From Spirochaetia bacterium (GTDB lineage Bacteria > Spirochaetota > Spirochaetia > UBA9216), in NCBI GenBank assembly GCA_963677925.2, contig CAXXYH010000003.1:128001-192000 (forward strand): DNA of 64,000 bases, in the 5' to 3' direction. The position numbers and the translations under genes are program-made. Under the pieces are notes generated by a model, which saw only the letters and a list, made by a program, of their open reading frames with translations, was not told the DNA's origin and did not search any database. Shown here one piece after another: positions 1 through 10,110 of the stretch (positions are counted from its first letter, which is position 1; each line of letters begins with the position of its first letter).

Positions 1-40
1 ATCAAAGAATATCCCACAATCAACAGAAACATTAAACCGG

Positions 41-92
41 TCTATTTAACTTGATCCCGAGTTCTATATAACTCAGCTATTTCTAAATTATA
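41..92 (-). promoter_or_regulatory. Candidate attI/Pc region of integron (GTT cores facing away from intI)
   Basis: Minus-strand GTTAAAT (44-50, fits GTTRRRY) and GTTATAT (66-72) lie in an 11-bp imperfect direct repeat with a 22-bp period. A minus-strand TATAAT is at 87-92. The region is upstream of intI. Confidence 0.35.
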
Positions 93-128
93 CAGCATAT
101 ATCCTTAATGAGCATAAAAATATTCTCT

Positions 129-148
129 TATACTGTTAGAAGAAACAG
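129..148 (+). promoter_or_regulatory. Putative PintI -10 (TATACT) overlapped by a LexA/SOS-type box CTGT-N8-ACAG
   Basis: TATACT at 129-134 and CTGTTAGAAGAAACAG at 133-148, 50 bp before the intI ATG. Confidence 0.5.
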
Positions 149-198
149 TTTTAGCAGTTTTTTTCAATCATACAGAAAAATTTTTAGTTTATAAAAAC

Positions 199-1458
199 AT
201 GAAAAATTTATTAAATTTCACATTTGATCCAGCTGAATATACTAGATATCTTAGAATAAATACTGTACTCCCTGTCAAGGTTTATCCATACTATTGCAAT
301 TGGGTTAGTAGTTTTTTATCATATTTGAAAAAGGCCCCCTCGGATGATAGTTTATATAAAAATTATATCAGTTATCTAAAACTAAATAGTAAAATAGATG
401 ATTGGCAGATAATTCAAGCTGAAGATGCTGTAATAAAATATCTGAAATTTTCACGTGTTGATATAAATTTTGAAGATAATAGCCATAAAGATATCGATCC
501 CGGATGGATATCAAAAATTGAGGAAAATCGTATTCAGTTACGTTTAAGGCATAGATCATTACAAACTGAAAAATCTTACCAGTGGTGGGTTAAAGATTTT
601 ATAAAAAATACAGATGCATTACCTGATGCAGTTGAAGAGCAGGATTTCATCAAGTATATTCATACGATAGCTTCAACCCGGCAAGTTTCTGCAAGCACAC
701 AAAAGCAGGCATTTAATGCTGTACTTTTCTTTGCAAGAAGCGTATATGGTATAGATGAAATAAACATAAAAAATATAAAGCTTTCTACAAGGAATCCGAA
801 GTTACCTGTAGTACTCACAATAGATGAAGTATCTAAAGTATTCAATTATTTGGAAGGGACTAATAAGCTTATGTCCAAATTGATATACGGTACTGGTATG
901 CGCTTAAAGGAATGTCTTGCATTAAGGGTGAAGGATATTGATTTTAATGGAAAATGTATTCATATTCGCTCTGGAAAAGGGAATAAAGATCGTCTCACAT
1001 TGCTTCCTGAATCCTTGATATCGGAACTTGAACATCATCTGAAAACAATAAGAAAAATATATGAAAAAGATCGTAATTCGGGGTGTGAAGGTGTAATGAT
1101 GCCGCAGGCTCTTTCATCAAAATACACAAATGCTTCAAAATCGTGGATATGGTTCTGGGTTTTTCCATCCAAACATCTTTCTGTTGATCCATTTTCACAG
1201 GTGGTTAGAAGATTTCACATTTATCATTCTACATTACAAAAAGCTTTCCATACAGCTGTCTTACAAGCTGGGATAACAAAACAGGCAAGCGTTCATACTT
1301 TAAGGCACAGCTTTGCCACTAATTTAATAGAAACAGGATATGATATCCGAACAGTTCAGGAACTTCTCGGGCATTCTGATCTCAGTACTACAATGATATA
1401 CACTCATGTAGCGAATAAAAACAAGCTTGGAGTTAAAAGTCCTCTCGATAATCTTTAA
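199..1458 (+). CDS. intI: Integron integrase (tyrosine recombinase, IntI family) with N-terminal extension
   Basis: Catalytic motifs [26 protein letters not shown] and TMIYTH. It carries the IntI-specific insertion ([20 protein letters not shown]...VRRFHI) and the SAM-like [17 protein letters not shown] segment. Confidence 0.93.
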   Translation: MKNLLNFTFDPAEYTRYLRINTVLPVKVYPYYCNWVSSFLSYLKKAPSDDSLYKNYISYLKLNSKIDDWQIIQAEDAVIKYLKFSRVDINFEDNSHKDIDPGWISKIEENRIQLRLRHRSLQTEKSYQWWVKDFIKNTDALPDAVEEQDFIKYIHTIASTRQVSASTQKQAFNAVLFFARSVYGIDEINIKNIKLSTRNPKLPVVLTIDEVSKVFNYLEGTNKLMSKLIYGTGMRLKECLALRVKDIDFNGKCIHIRSGKGNKDRLTLLPESLISELEHHLKTIRKIYEKDRNSGCEGVMMPQALSSKYTNASKSWIWFWVFPSKHLSVDPFSQVVRRFHIYHSTLQKAFHTAVLQAGITKQASVHTLRHSFATNLIETGYDIRTVQELLGHSDLSTTMIYTHVANKNKLGVKSPLDNL

Positions 1459-1495
1459 TTTGATGGCATTTTAGATGTTAGTATTATAAGCTGTT

Positions 1496-2125
1496 TTATA
1501 GATGCTTCTTTTTTTCAAGTCGGCTTTTGACCATCTTCATTAACAGAAAACTTTCTCTTTCTGCTTCTTCAAGACGGCTTATTGTGAATTGAAGCGATTC
1601 TTTTAAGTCTGGAATTGCAATTTTTTCGAGGGCGTTTACTTTTCTGATTGTTTTTTTTACTTCCTGTGCAAGCCGCATAATTGATACTTTCAGTTCTGCC
1701 ATACGGCCCATCAGTTTCAAAGCTTCCTTGAAATTATACAGAGCATCCTCTATCAGATAGCTTGTGCCAAGCGGGCTAAAGTATGGTCCGTTATCAATAA
1801 ACTCTGTGTTTACAACCGGAAGGCGTACTCCCATTACTCGTCTTTCTTTAATTTTGATGTTGCTGGTAATATCAATTGCTCCGGTAAGATTTCCGATTTT
1901 TAATTTCCCCATTTCCATCACGGCATCTTCAAGGCTGCTGTACGCCTGACTGAGAGAATCATTTACTTTTGTTTCATATTCTACTGCCTGGTCTACAAGG
2001 TTAAGAAGTTCAATAACAAGGATATTTCTTTTCTGATCAAGAAGTTCATAGCCCAGTTCTGCGAACTTAAGTTCTTCTTTGAGCTTCATCAAATTGGATC
2101 TTGTAGGCGCTATGTTTTTACTCAT
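1496..2125 (-). CDS. atpD: V/A-type ATP synthase subunit D
   Basis: PTRSNLMKLK..GYELLDQKR and RKVNALEK motifs; last gene of the V-ATPase operon. Confidence 0.95.
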   Translation of the reverse strand: MSKNIAPTRSNLMKLKEELKFAELGYELLDQKRNILVIELLNLVDQAVEYETKVNDSLSQAYSSLEDAVMEMGKLKIGNLTGAIDITSNIKIKERRVMGVRLPVVNTEFIDNGPYFSPLGTSYLIEDALYNFKEALKLMGRMAELKVSIMRLAQEVKKTIRKVNALEKIAIPDLKESLQFTISRLEEAERESFLLMKMVKSRLEKKKHL

Positions 2126-3532
2126 TTAACCTCTGTAGTAGTCATCAATTTCATCCTCGGTGACTCGATGAAGTTCTTCCGCTGGAAGTTTTGAAAGAGC
2201 CTGCCAGCCTATGTCCAGTGTTTCGTCAATGCTGCGATTATCATGATAGCCCTGATTTACAAAATTCCTCTCAAAATATTCACCGAACTCAAGATACTGA
2301 TGATCCAAAGGAGTTAATTCCTCTTCTCCAATGACAGATGCAAGGTTACGTACATCCTTAACATAACTGTAGGATGCAAAAAGTTGATTTGATAGATGCG
2401 GATGATCTTCCCTAGTCATCCCCTCACCTATGCCGTCTTTCATCAGACGGGATAATGATGGAAGACCTGCAACAGGAGGATATATTCCCCTGCTGAACAT
2501 CTCACGTTCAAATACTATCTGACCTTCTGTAATGTACCCGGAAAGATCCGGAACCGGATGACTGATATCATCATTAGGCATTGTAAGTATGGGGAGTTGA
2601 GTAATTGAACCCGAATAACCTTTCAACATTCCTGATCTTTCGTATATCTCTGCAAGGTCTGAATACAGGTAACCGGGATATCCTTTTCGTGAAGGGATCT
2701 CTCCGCGTAGAGTTGAAATTTCTCTAAGAGATTCACAGTAGTTTGTCATATCGGTCATTATAACAAGGACATGCATTCCCTTTGTAAAGGCCAAATGCTC
2801 TGCAAGTGTAAGTGCTGTTCGTGGTGTAATAGTCCGTTCAATTGAAGGGTCATCTGCCAGGGAAAGAAAAAGCGCTACGTTTGCGAGTACTCCGGTTTCT
2901 TCAAAGCTCTTTATAAAGAATCTTGCTACATCATGCTTAACTCCCATTGCAGCAAATACAACAGCAAAGTTTGAAGTACTGCTTTTAATTTTTGCCTGCC
3001 GGGCAATTTGAGCAGCCAGTTCATTGTGGGGCAAGCCGTTTCCGCTGAAGATAGGCAGTTTCTGTCCGCGTATCAGCGTGGTCATTCCGTCAATTATCGA
3101 AATACCTGTCTGAATAAAATCACGGGGATATTCGCGGGCTGTAGGGTTTATAGGCCGGCCGTTTACATTAAGCTCATCCTCCGAAGCTGTTGCTCCACCT
3201 CCGTCTATTGGTTTTCCCAGTCCGTTAAAAACACGGCCGAGCATTGATTCTGAGACACCTATTGAAAGAGGTTCCCCCATAAAGCGTATCTTAGTGTCAG
3301 GAAGTGTCAGTCCTGAAGTTCCTTCAAAAATCTGGACTACTACAACATCATCAGAGGTATCAAGCACCAGACCTGTTCTGATGTTTCCATCCTTATCTAC
3401 ACATTCAACAAGTTCCTGATAGCCGACCGGGTGCGTATTTTTTATATAAACAAGCGGACCTTCAATCTGATTCACACCGGAATACTCTCTTCCTGCCAGA
3501 AGCTGTTTTTCAATGCTGTTCAAATTATTCAT
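2126..3532 (-). CDS. atpB: V/A-type ATP synthase subunit B
   Basis: [25 protein letters not shown] and [11 protein letters not shown]. Start moved to the ATG at 3532 (MNNLNS), which overlaps the atpA stop. Confidence 0.96.
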   Translation of the reverse strand: MNNLNSIEKQLLAGREYSGVNQIEGPLVYIKNTHPVGYQELVECVDKDGNIRTGLVLDTSDDVVVVQIFEGTSGLTLPDTKIRFMGEPLSIGVSESMLGRVFNGLGKPIDGGGATASEDELNVNGRPINPTAREYPRDFIQTGISIIDGMTTLIRGQKLPIFSGNGLPHNELAAQIARQAKIKSSTSNFAVVFAAMGVKHDVARFFIKSFEETGVLANVALFLSLADDPSIERTITPRTALTLAEHLAFTKGMHVLVIMTDMTNYCESLREISTLRGEIPSRKGYPGYLYSDLAEIYERSGMLKGYSGSITQLPILTMPNDDISHPVPDLSGYITEGQIVFEREMFSRGIYPPVAGLPSLSRLMKDGIGEGMTREDHPHLSNQLFASYSYVKDVRNLASVIGEEELTPLDHQYLEFGEYFERNFVNQGYHDNRSIDETLDIGWQALSKLPAEELHRVTEDEIDDYYRG

Positions 3533-5303
3533 AAATACTCTCCAGCTGGTCCATAGCCCTTTCAAGTTTAACCTGAAGTTTATCAAGCTCTTTTGTATCT
3601 TCATTTGATACATTGAATTTCATTCGGGCAATATCCTGTACAACTTTCATATGTCTCAATTTTAGAATTGTAATTCCTTTTTTTATCGCTTCAGAGCCTC
3701 TTCGACTGTATTCAAGAATTATCTCAAGCATCTTGATTTGTTTTTCAACTGTAGAATAGCGGTCAATATCATCAAAAGCGTTCTGCTGTAAAAAGGCATT
3801 CTTGAAAAGTGTGCAGACTTCAATAATAAATCTCTGACTGTCAGGAAGAGCGTCGGGTCCGACAAGTTTAACAACCTGCTGCAGCCTTACCTCTTTCTGA
3901 AGAAGCTCCATTATTTCGCTTCTGTTCTGTACCCAGGATGTTTCTGATTTATCCTCCCACCAGGCAGATACATCGTCAATGTATTCGCTGTAGGAATCAA
4001 GCCAGCCTATTGCCGGATAATGTCTTGCATTGGCAAGCTGTCGATCCAGCCCCCAGAAGCATCGGACAAAACGTTTGGTATGCTGCGTAACGGGTTCAGA
4101 AAAATCCCCTCCTGGCGGAGATACGGCTCCAATAATGGTGACCGAGCCTTCATCTTCATTCAGGGTAGTCATATAACCTGCTCTTTCGTAGAACTCGGCT
4201 ATTCTTGTGGGCAGATATGCGGGAAAGCCTTCTTCAGCCGGCATTTCCTCCATACGGCCTGAAAGCTCGCGAAGGGCTTCTGCCCATCTTGAGGTTGAGT
4301 CTGCCATTATCGCTACATGGTAGCCCTGATCACGATAATATTCTGCGAGAGTCACCCCGGTATAAATACTGGCTTCACGTGCAGAAACCGGCATATTACT
4401 GGTATTAGCAATCAGGATTGTCCGCTCCATTAACGACATTCCCGTTCGAGGATCTATAAGCTCGGGAAACTCCATGAGTACATCAGTCATTTCATTACCG
4501 CGTTCACCGCATCCTATGTAGACGATAATATCAGCATCACACCATTTTGCAATTGCATGCTGAGTCATTGTTTTCCCGGTACCGAAGCCGCCGGGTATTG
4601 CAACTGTTCCGCCTTTTGCAAGCGGGAACAGTGTATCAATGACTCTCTGTCCGGTAACAAGAGGAATATTAAGAGGCTGTCTATATTTAACAGGCCGTGG
4701 GTTTCTTATCGGCCAGCGCTGAAGCATTGAAACCTCAATGTCGCTTCCATCCTTCTGCTTTATGACTGCTATAGTGTCTTCAATAGTAAAAAGTCCCTGT
4801 TCTGATATTCTGACAAGTTCTCCTTCCATTCCCGGAGGCAGAAGGACTTTATGCAGAACACGCTCTGTTTCCTGAACTGTTCCAATGATGGAACCCGCTG
4901 TAATATAATCTCCGGGTTTTAGATCTGCAGAAGGAGAAAATTCCCATTGCTTTTGCTTATCAAGCGCAGGCCTGGTTACTCCGCGTTCAATAAATTCACC
5001 GCTTGCCTCAAGCAGGGCTTCAAGCGGACGCTGAATACCGTCATAGATGGTTCCGATAAGTCCTGGTCCAAGTTCAACCGATAGGGGCATCCCGCTTCCA
5101 AAAACATTGTCTCCGGGTTTTATGCCGGTTGTATCTTCATACACCTGTACAACTGCTGTATTTTCGTAGAGTTTTACAATTTCCCCTACAAGACGCCCTT
5201 CTCCTACACGCACAAGTTCCATCATCATGGCATCGGTTATATTATCTGCTTCAATAACAGGTCCGTTAACCCGCTTTACCTGCCCGATTATTCTGTCCAT
5301 CAT
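3525..5303 (-). CDS. atpA: V/A-type ATP synthase subunit A (catalytic)
   Basis: Walker [40 protein letters not shown]. Confidence 0.97.
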   Translation of the reverse strand: MMDRIIGQVKRVNGPVIEADNITDAMMMELVRVGEGRLVGEIVKLYENTAVVQVYEDTTGIKPGDNVFGSGMPLSVELGPGLIGTIYDGIQRPLEALLEASGEFIERGVTRPALDKQKQWEFSPSADLKPGDYITAGSIIGTVQETERVLHKVLLPPGMEGELVRISEQGLFTIEDTIAVIKQKDGSDIEVSMLQRWPIRNPRPVKYRQPLNIPLVTGQRVIDTLFPLAKGGTVAIPGGFGTGKTMTQHAIAKWCDADIIVYIGCGERGNEMTDVLMEFPELIDPRTGMSLMERTILIANTSNMPVSAREASIYTGVTLAEYYRDQGYHVAIMADSTSRWAEALRELSGRMEEMPAEEGFPAYLPTRIAEFYERAGYMTTLNEDEGSVTIIGAVSPPGGDFSEPVTQHTKRFVRCFWGLDRQLANARHYPAIGWLDSYSEYIDDVSAWWEDKSETSWVQNRSEIMELLQKEVRLQQVVKLVGPDALPDSQRFIIEVCTLFKNAFLQQNAFDDIDRYSTVEKQIKMLEIILEYSRRGSEAIKKGITILKLRHMKVVQDIARMKFNVSNEDTKELDKLQVKLERAMDQLESIYE

Positions 5304-5926
5304 TTCTGAAGCCGCTCCTTTTCGAGGTCGCTTGAAATTATCCGGTTAATATCATCCTTAAAGCGTCTGATCCTGGATTCAACAGTATTTGTATACGATA
5401 CTCTCATATCAGATGACAGTACGCTAATCCCGTTTTCAAACAGATAATTATCTCTGTCCGGGGTCAGGATAATATCCTTGCCCGTATATTCCTTTACTAT
5501 CTCAACGGACTTTTTTAGTATTTGGTCTGATATCTGAATGTTGCTGCTGCTTCTGACATACATCTCCTGGAAATTAACAGATATACAGCCTTCCGCAATC
5601 CAGGCAGAAAGAATGTTTTCAAACTCTGGTTTATTTATAGTTTCTGTAAAGTGTTTTTTAACATCTTTGATAGATTTCAAATAAACCTTTTCCCGTTTAC
5701 TTAATTTGATTTTTCGTCTTTCAGATACAATCACAGATTCTGTCTGTTTTTCTATAAGTTTAATCTTCTCTGATATCTTGAGATCTGTCTCGGAAGTAAT
5801 TTGGGAAATCTGTGTTTTTATTCCGCCGCGAATAATTGATGCTCTTTCACTGGCCTCACTAAGAAGCCGTTCTCTTTCATTTTCCGCGTCATCAATAATT
5901 TTTTTAATAATTTTATTCTCTGACAT
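5300..5926 (-). CDS. atpE: V/A-type ATP synthase subunit E
   Basis: N-terminal coiled coil, ~208 aa, C-terminal G..V.S.D....NT.ESR pattern; operon position. Confidence 0.85.
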   Translation of the reverse strand: MSENKIIKKIIDDAENERERLLSEASERASIIRGGIKTQISQITSETDLKISEKIKLIEKQTESVIVSERRKIKLSKREKVYLKSIKDVKKHFTETINKPEFENILSAWIAEGCISVNFQEMYVRSSSNIQISDQILKKSVEIVKEYTGKDIILTPDRDNYLFENGISVLSSDMRVSYTNTVESRIRRFKDDINRIISSDLEKERLQK

Positions 5927-5930
5927 ATTA

Positions 5931-6236
5931 TTACAACTTTATCCCGATGGCTTCATTAACGAGTGTTCGAAGATCCCTCCGGCCTTCCTTTCGTCCACGG
6001 CTTCCGGGAATCTCAACAATAAGAGGAAATTGGGCTGAAAATAAATATCTGTCTACAACTTCACGAATCATATCAGCTGTATTTTCAGTGATGATTAGAA
6101 TTCCATGTTCTTTGTTTTGAAGGGCGCCGTTAAATGAAGCAAGAGCCTCGGAAGGAGTTTTTACAGCCTTTCCGCTTACTCCCGCAAGTTCAAAACCGAG
6201 AACTGTATCCTCATCACCGATTATAAAATAGTCCAT
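5931..6236 (-). CDS. atpF: V/A-type ATP synthase subunit F
   Basis: IIGDEDTVLGFELAG, PLIVEIP and AIGIKL signature. Confidence 0.95.
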   Translation of the reverse strand: MDYFIIGDEDTVLGFELAGVSGKAVKTPSEALASFNGALQNKEHGILIITENTADMIREVVDRYLFSAQFPLIVEIPGSRGRKEGRRDLRTLVNEAIGIKL

Positions 6237-6251
6237 ACGGTTATATTACCG

Positions 6252-6599
6252 TCATACCTTTCCAAGTATCATCAGTGCTGTAATAAAACCGAATACTACG
6301 AGTCCTTCAGCAAGGGCTATAAAAATAAGTGCCTGTGAAGCCAGTTCCGGCTTTTCGCCGATAGCGCCCATTGCTGCGGCGCCTACATTTGCAATCGCAA
6401 TACCTGCACCTATAGCCCCAAAACCGAATGCAACAGCTGCCGCTATCAAAGCCCACTGCAGTGATGAGGAATTTGAAGCTTCAGTAGTACCTTCAGCAAA
6501 TACACTTGCAGATCCTGCAAAGAAAAATATAACAAGGAATACTGTCAAGAATACAACACTGAAAGTTACCTTTCTTTTAAAATCTCGTTTTACGTTCAT
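6252..6599 (-). CDS. atpK: V/A-type ATP synthase proteolipid subunit K/c (single hairpin, with N-terminal signal-like leader)
   Basis: GAGIAIANVGAAAMGAIGEKPE hairpin and conserved Glu in IALAEGL. Confidence 0.92.
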   Translation of the reverse strand: MNVKRDFKRKVTFSVVFLTVFLVIFFFAGSASVFAEGTTEASNSSSLQWALIAAAVAFGFGAIGAGIAIANVGAAAMGAIGEKPELASQALIFIALAEGLVVFGFITALMILGKV

Positions 6600-8599
6600 T
6601 TACTCCCTCCAGAGTTTCTGTTCTTCAGTGATACCGGATTATAGGCTATGCCGGTGCCGGTAAAATACCTTGAAAAGAATTCGTAATAATTAAGCCTTAA
6701 GGCCTGAATACCTGCAGAAAGTCCTTCAAGGGCAATTACAAGTATGTTTCCCAATACAAGAATAATTATAGAGCCGAGTCCTCCGCCGGTCATCGCTGCG
6801 ATTGTAGCGAAGGCAGTCATAAGACTTACATGTGCAATACCTAATCCCGCAACCCTCATAAATGAAAGAGTATTAGCAAGATATCCGGAAAATATTTCAA
6901 GAAGCTCTACTATCCACTCCATTATAAAATCAATAATTGTGAACGGGGAGAACTCCTTATGTCCTCTTTCATTAAAATAGAAATTAAGAGGTGCTTTAAA
7001 AAGCAGAAGCATTACGGGTATTCCGAAAACTAGAGGAATAAAATTACCCTCCGGCAGAGATTTATACCCGGTCCCTACGAAATAAAATGATGTATAGACT
7101 CCAAAACCATAGAACCAGCCGCCAAGTATTCCGGACTTATCCAGAAGCAGCGTAAAGAAATCTCTTTTCTTTATAAGATTTATCCAGTTGAGTAACAGTC
7201 CGACGAAGATAACGCTGATGCCGAAATAGATTGTTATCCTTAAAATATCATAAACATTCTGAATACTGCTGCCTGTTTCAGCATTATGCCCGGAAACGAC
7301 TCCGTGATAATCAAACCATAGCGGCGGAAATATCGGATTCCCGAAATAACTGCCGAAAAGAATACCTGTAATAATTGATGCGATTCCGCAGTAAACGAAC
7401 AGCTGCATGAGGTTTTTAATTCCTTCTGATGCAGTTTTAAACAGTTTTTTACCAAACAGACCCATCAGCATAATAACAAGCCCCTGTCCCGAATCTCCAA
7501 ACATCAGTCCGAACATAATTGTATAAGCTGCTGCCACGAATATTGTCGGATCGACCGTACCGTATTCAGGGATGGCGTAATTGGATACCAGCATTCTGAA
7601 CGGCTGCAAAGCCTTTGAGTGATTAATCTCAACAGGAATACGGCTTTTATCAAAATCAGATGTTTGAGACCATTCAATATAACATTCATCATCAGAAGCT
7701 TTTCTAATTACTGCTTCAATATCTCCAGCTTTCTCAGCCGGCAGCCAGCCTGAAAAGAGGCTCGTATTTTTTGTATGTGAATAATTCTCTTTAATAACCC
7801 CGAAAAGTTCATGAAGGCGCAGATTTATCCATTGTGATGTAAGTTCAGATTTCTTATCGCTGATAAAGGAGCTGATGGATATTTTAATGAAATCCATTTG
7901 TTCTTTAAGAGCTATTTCCTGTTTACTTATGTTTTCAGAAACAGCTTCGCTTTCTTTTCTGCTTACCGGCTGATTGTCGGATTCTATCCAGCCGTATCTT
8001 TCAAGAATTCCATTTACAGCTGATATATCACGTTTAAGAACAAGCAGGACGGATTCGTCTGAATCCGGTATCCGGTAAAGCATATGAGGATAGTTTTCAA
8101 GATTTGCTTCAAAATTTTCAAGTGAAATTTTTGAAGGTCTGCCTCTGAGTACTGCAAGAAATTTACCTCCGGAGGATTTGGTATCTTTATCATTTGAATT
8201 GAAATATTCAGACACTTCATGAATTTTCATCAGTTCCTGATTCAGGGTTTTCAGTTCTTCTCTTCTTTTGTTGATTTCGTTATTGATGGAATCAATAACC
8301 TGAACACAGGACTCAATATCAAGCGGCTCTATCTGCTCTACACTCAATTCAATGTTATATAAAGATGGAAGGTTGGCTTGAGAATAGATACTTTCAATTT
8401 TTTTACGTAAATCACTTATTTTAAGTCTCTCGGAACTTACTCCGGCGCTGGATAATTCTATTTCGGAAATTTCCGGAATACTGGAGATTTTTATAAAATC
8501 AATAACACCGATTTTCAGCAGCTGAGTTGTAACTTTTTCAACCTTTTCTTCGCTTACCACGGCAGTAAGAAGTCTCATCTTTGATGTGAAAAAACTCAT
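6596..8599 (-). CDS. atpI: V/A-type ATP synthase subunit I (a)
   Basis: P.YG.VDPT, FGLMFGD.GQG, LSFMRVAG (essential Arg), IQALRLNYYEFF. Confidence 0.95.
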   Translation of the reverse strand: MSFFTSKMRLLTAVVSEEKVEKVTTQLLKIGVIDFIKISSIPEISEIELSSAGVSSERLKISDLRKKIESIYSQANLPSLYNIELSVEQIEPLDIESCVQVIDSINNEINKRREELKTLNQELMKIHEVSEYFNSNDKDTKSSGGKFLAVLRGRPSKISLENFEANLENYPHMLYRIPDSDESVLLVLKRDISAVNGILERYGWIESDNQPVSRKESEAVSENISKQEIALKEQMDFIKISISSFISDKKSELTSQWINLRLHELFGVIKENYSHTKNTSLFSGWLPAEKAGDIEAVIRKASDDECYIEWSQTSDFDKSRIPVEINHSKALQPFRMLVSNYAIPEYGTVDPTIFVAAAYTIMFGLMFGDSGQGLVIMLMGLFGKKLFKTASEGIKNLMQLFVYCGIASIITGILFGSYFGNPIFPPLWFDYHGVVSGHNAETGSSIQNVYDILRITIYFGISVIFVGLLLNWINLIKKRDFFTLLLDKSGILGGWFYGFGVYTSFYFVGTGYKSLPEGNFIPLVFGIPVMLLLFKAPLNFYFNERGHKEFSPFTIIDFIMEWIVELLEIFSGYLANTLSFMRVAGLGIAHVSLMTAFATIAAMTGGGLGSIIILVLGNILVIALEGLSAGIQALRLNYYEFFSRYFTGTGIAYNPVSLKNRNSGGSK

Positions 8600-9669
8600 T
8601 AAAGAAACTCCCTGAATTTATCATCTTTCAGCTTATAATATTTACCGCTTAATACGGATGAAATGAATTTTACTTCTCTTTCAACCATAAACAGAAAAAC
8701 AAGTACTGTACCTATTGTAAATGGATATCCTGCAAGAATGGAAGTAAAATATCTTTTCCTTGTCTCTGAAAGAAGTTTTTCAAAGAGCATAGCCTGTGAA
8801 GAGAAGTTACGGTTCTCGGAAATGTTTATACGGGAAAGTTCCGGATAGCTGCGGCTTAAAAGTTCAGCAGGATTCAGTTTGTCTGAATCGCCTTTTATAA
8901 AATTATTTATCAAATCAGAGTTCAGATCATGTCCGCCCGGAAGCAGAATATTTCTTAGATCATCAGTCTGAAGTTTATAAAAATGTGTGTATCTTACAAG
9001 CCAGCTTATGTTCTGCAGATCTACCTCGGTGCTTGTTATATTCCTCACAATTTCAGCATCTCTGCCGGATAGTTTGTCAGCAGCGTCTATAAGTGATGTG
9101 TAATAGAACCTGTCCAGAGCCGTTTCAAATTCAAATAATCCGGATTTTCCGCTAATATCTTCTTTTTTATCGGAGAAAATACTGCTATAAGCTGTCCGGG
9201 CAAGAATCTCTTTTATTTCGGCGAAAGTTTCAGCGTTGATTATCGAAATCCAGTCGATATCTTCGTGTATTTTTTCCTTATAGATATACCCTGACCTGTA
9301 ATCTATAGGACGGCCTTTTATTCTGCTTCCGTACCATAACCTGACAGTATTCTTTAGATTCTCTATTTCAGGTTTAAACAGAAGTACCGAACAGAAATCC
9401 TTGACTTCTTCTTCCGTATTTCTGAGAATTACGATGTATTCATTGATAAGTTTTTTGAAAAGTTCAAATTCTACAAGCTGAATGTCGGCTGTATTCTGCC
9501 ATACTTCCGCAACTCCGGAATATCCGTTTTCTGCAACCGTTTGTACAGCCTCTGAAATATCAGAGGCGTAAATAAGAGAATCTGTAAAACTATCAGACAA
9601 TATTCTGCTGAGCCTTGTACGCAGTTTTGCATTGATATAAGCATATCGGCTGACAGCAGTTTTCTTCAT
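8599..9669 (-). CDS. atpC: V/A-type ATP synthase subunit C (d/AC39)
   Basis: YAYINAKLR N-terminus, E..LDR.YY and EVDLQNI.W..R; operon context. Confidence 0.88.
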   Translation of the reverse strand: MKKTAVSRYAYINAKLRTRLSRILSDSFTDSLIYASDISEAVQTVAENGYSGVAEVWQNTADIQLVEFELFKKLINEYIVILRNTEEEVKDFCSVLLFKPEIENLKNTVRLWYGSRIKGRPIDYRSGYIYKEKIHEDIDWISIINAETFAEIKEILARTAYSSIFSDKKEDISGKSGLFEFETALDRFYYTSLIDAADKLSGRDAEIVRNITSTEVDLQNISWLVRYTHFYKLQTDDLRNILLPGGHDLNSDLINNFIKGDSDKLNPAELLSRSYPELSRINISENRNFSSQAMLFEKLLSETRKRYFTSILAGYPFTIGTVLVFLFMVEREVKFISSVLSGKYYKLKDDKFREFL

Positions 9670-9688
9670 TTTATTGTCTCATCCCCTT

Positions 9689-9991
9689 TCAACGCTGCTG
9701 ATCGAAAACTGTCTGTTTAATCCTGTTAATAATTTTTTCAGTAATATTTGAAGTATCAGGGATGTTGACTTCACTATGCTGTTCTTTCTCAATTAATTTA
9801 CTGCGTGACTCTTCAAATATTTTTACTTCCTGATTAAACCTTTTAATCTCAGTTTCACGATATTTTCTTGTTTCCAGGGCAACATCCGATTCAGCCTGAC
9901 TTATTAAACCAAGGGCGGTATTTGCTGCCTCAGCCACTATTTTTTCAGCCTCTTTTTCTGCATCAATTATCGATTCAATAACTTCACGCAT
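9689..9991 (-). CDS. V/A-type ATP synthase peripheral stalk subunit G/H
   Basis: 100-aa Ala/Glu-rich coiled coil (IIDAEKEAEKIVAEA); first gene of the operon. Confidence 0.75.
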   Translation of the reverse strand: MREVIESIIDAEKEAEKIVAEAANTALGLISQAESDVALETRKYRETEIKRFNQEVKIFEESRSKLIEKEQHSEVNIPDTSNITEKIINRIKQTVFDQQR

Positions 9992-10110
9992 AGGTTACAG
10001 TAAATGGAAATACATCAGAGTTCAAGTCTTTTTTCTTAAGGTTTTCAGTATATTTTTTTTTCTTTATAAATTAAAATAATATATCATAATTTGAGCGAGG
10101 GAGTTTTCAA

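Noticed and set aside
81-141. TTCTAA...GTTAGAA as an attC site
   Set aside because: No proper RYYYAAC R'' box and poor internal L-box pairing. The right end is better explained by the promoter/SOS box.
1459-1495. Possible attI or cassette array downstream of intI (inverted-integron layout); GTTAGTA at 1477-1483
   Set aside because: The gap is only 37 bp, the core does not fit GTTRRRY, and no attC or cassette follows before atpD.
3533-3613. N-terminal extension of atpB in the ORF track (similar extensions for hslO, LOG, gap, ybeY, SPOR and the giant protein)
   Set aside because: They overlap upstream genes or promoters. Downstream starts fit the RBS, signal peptides and family lengths better.
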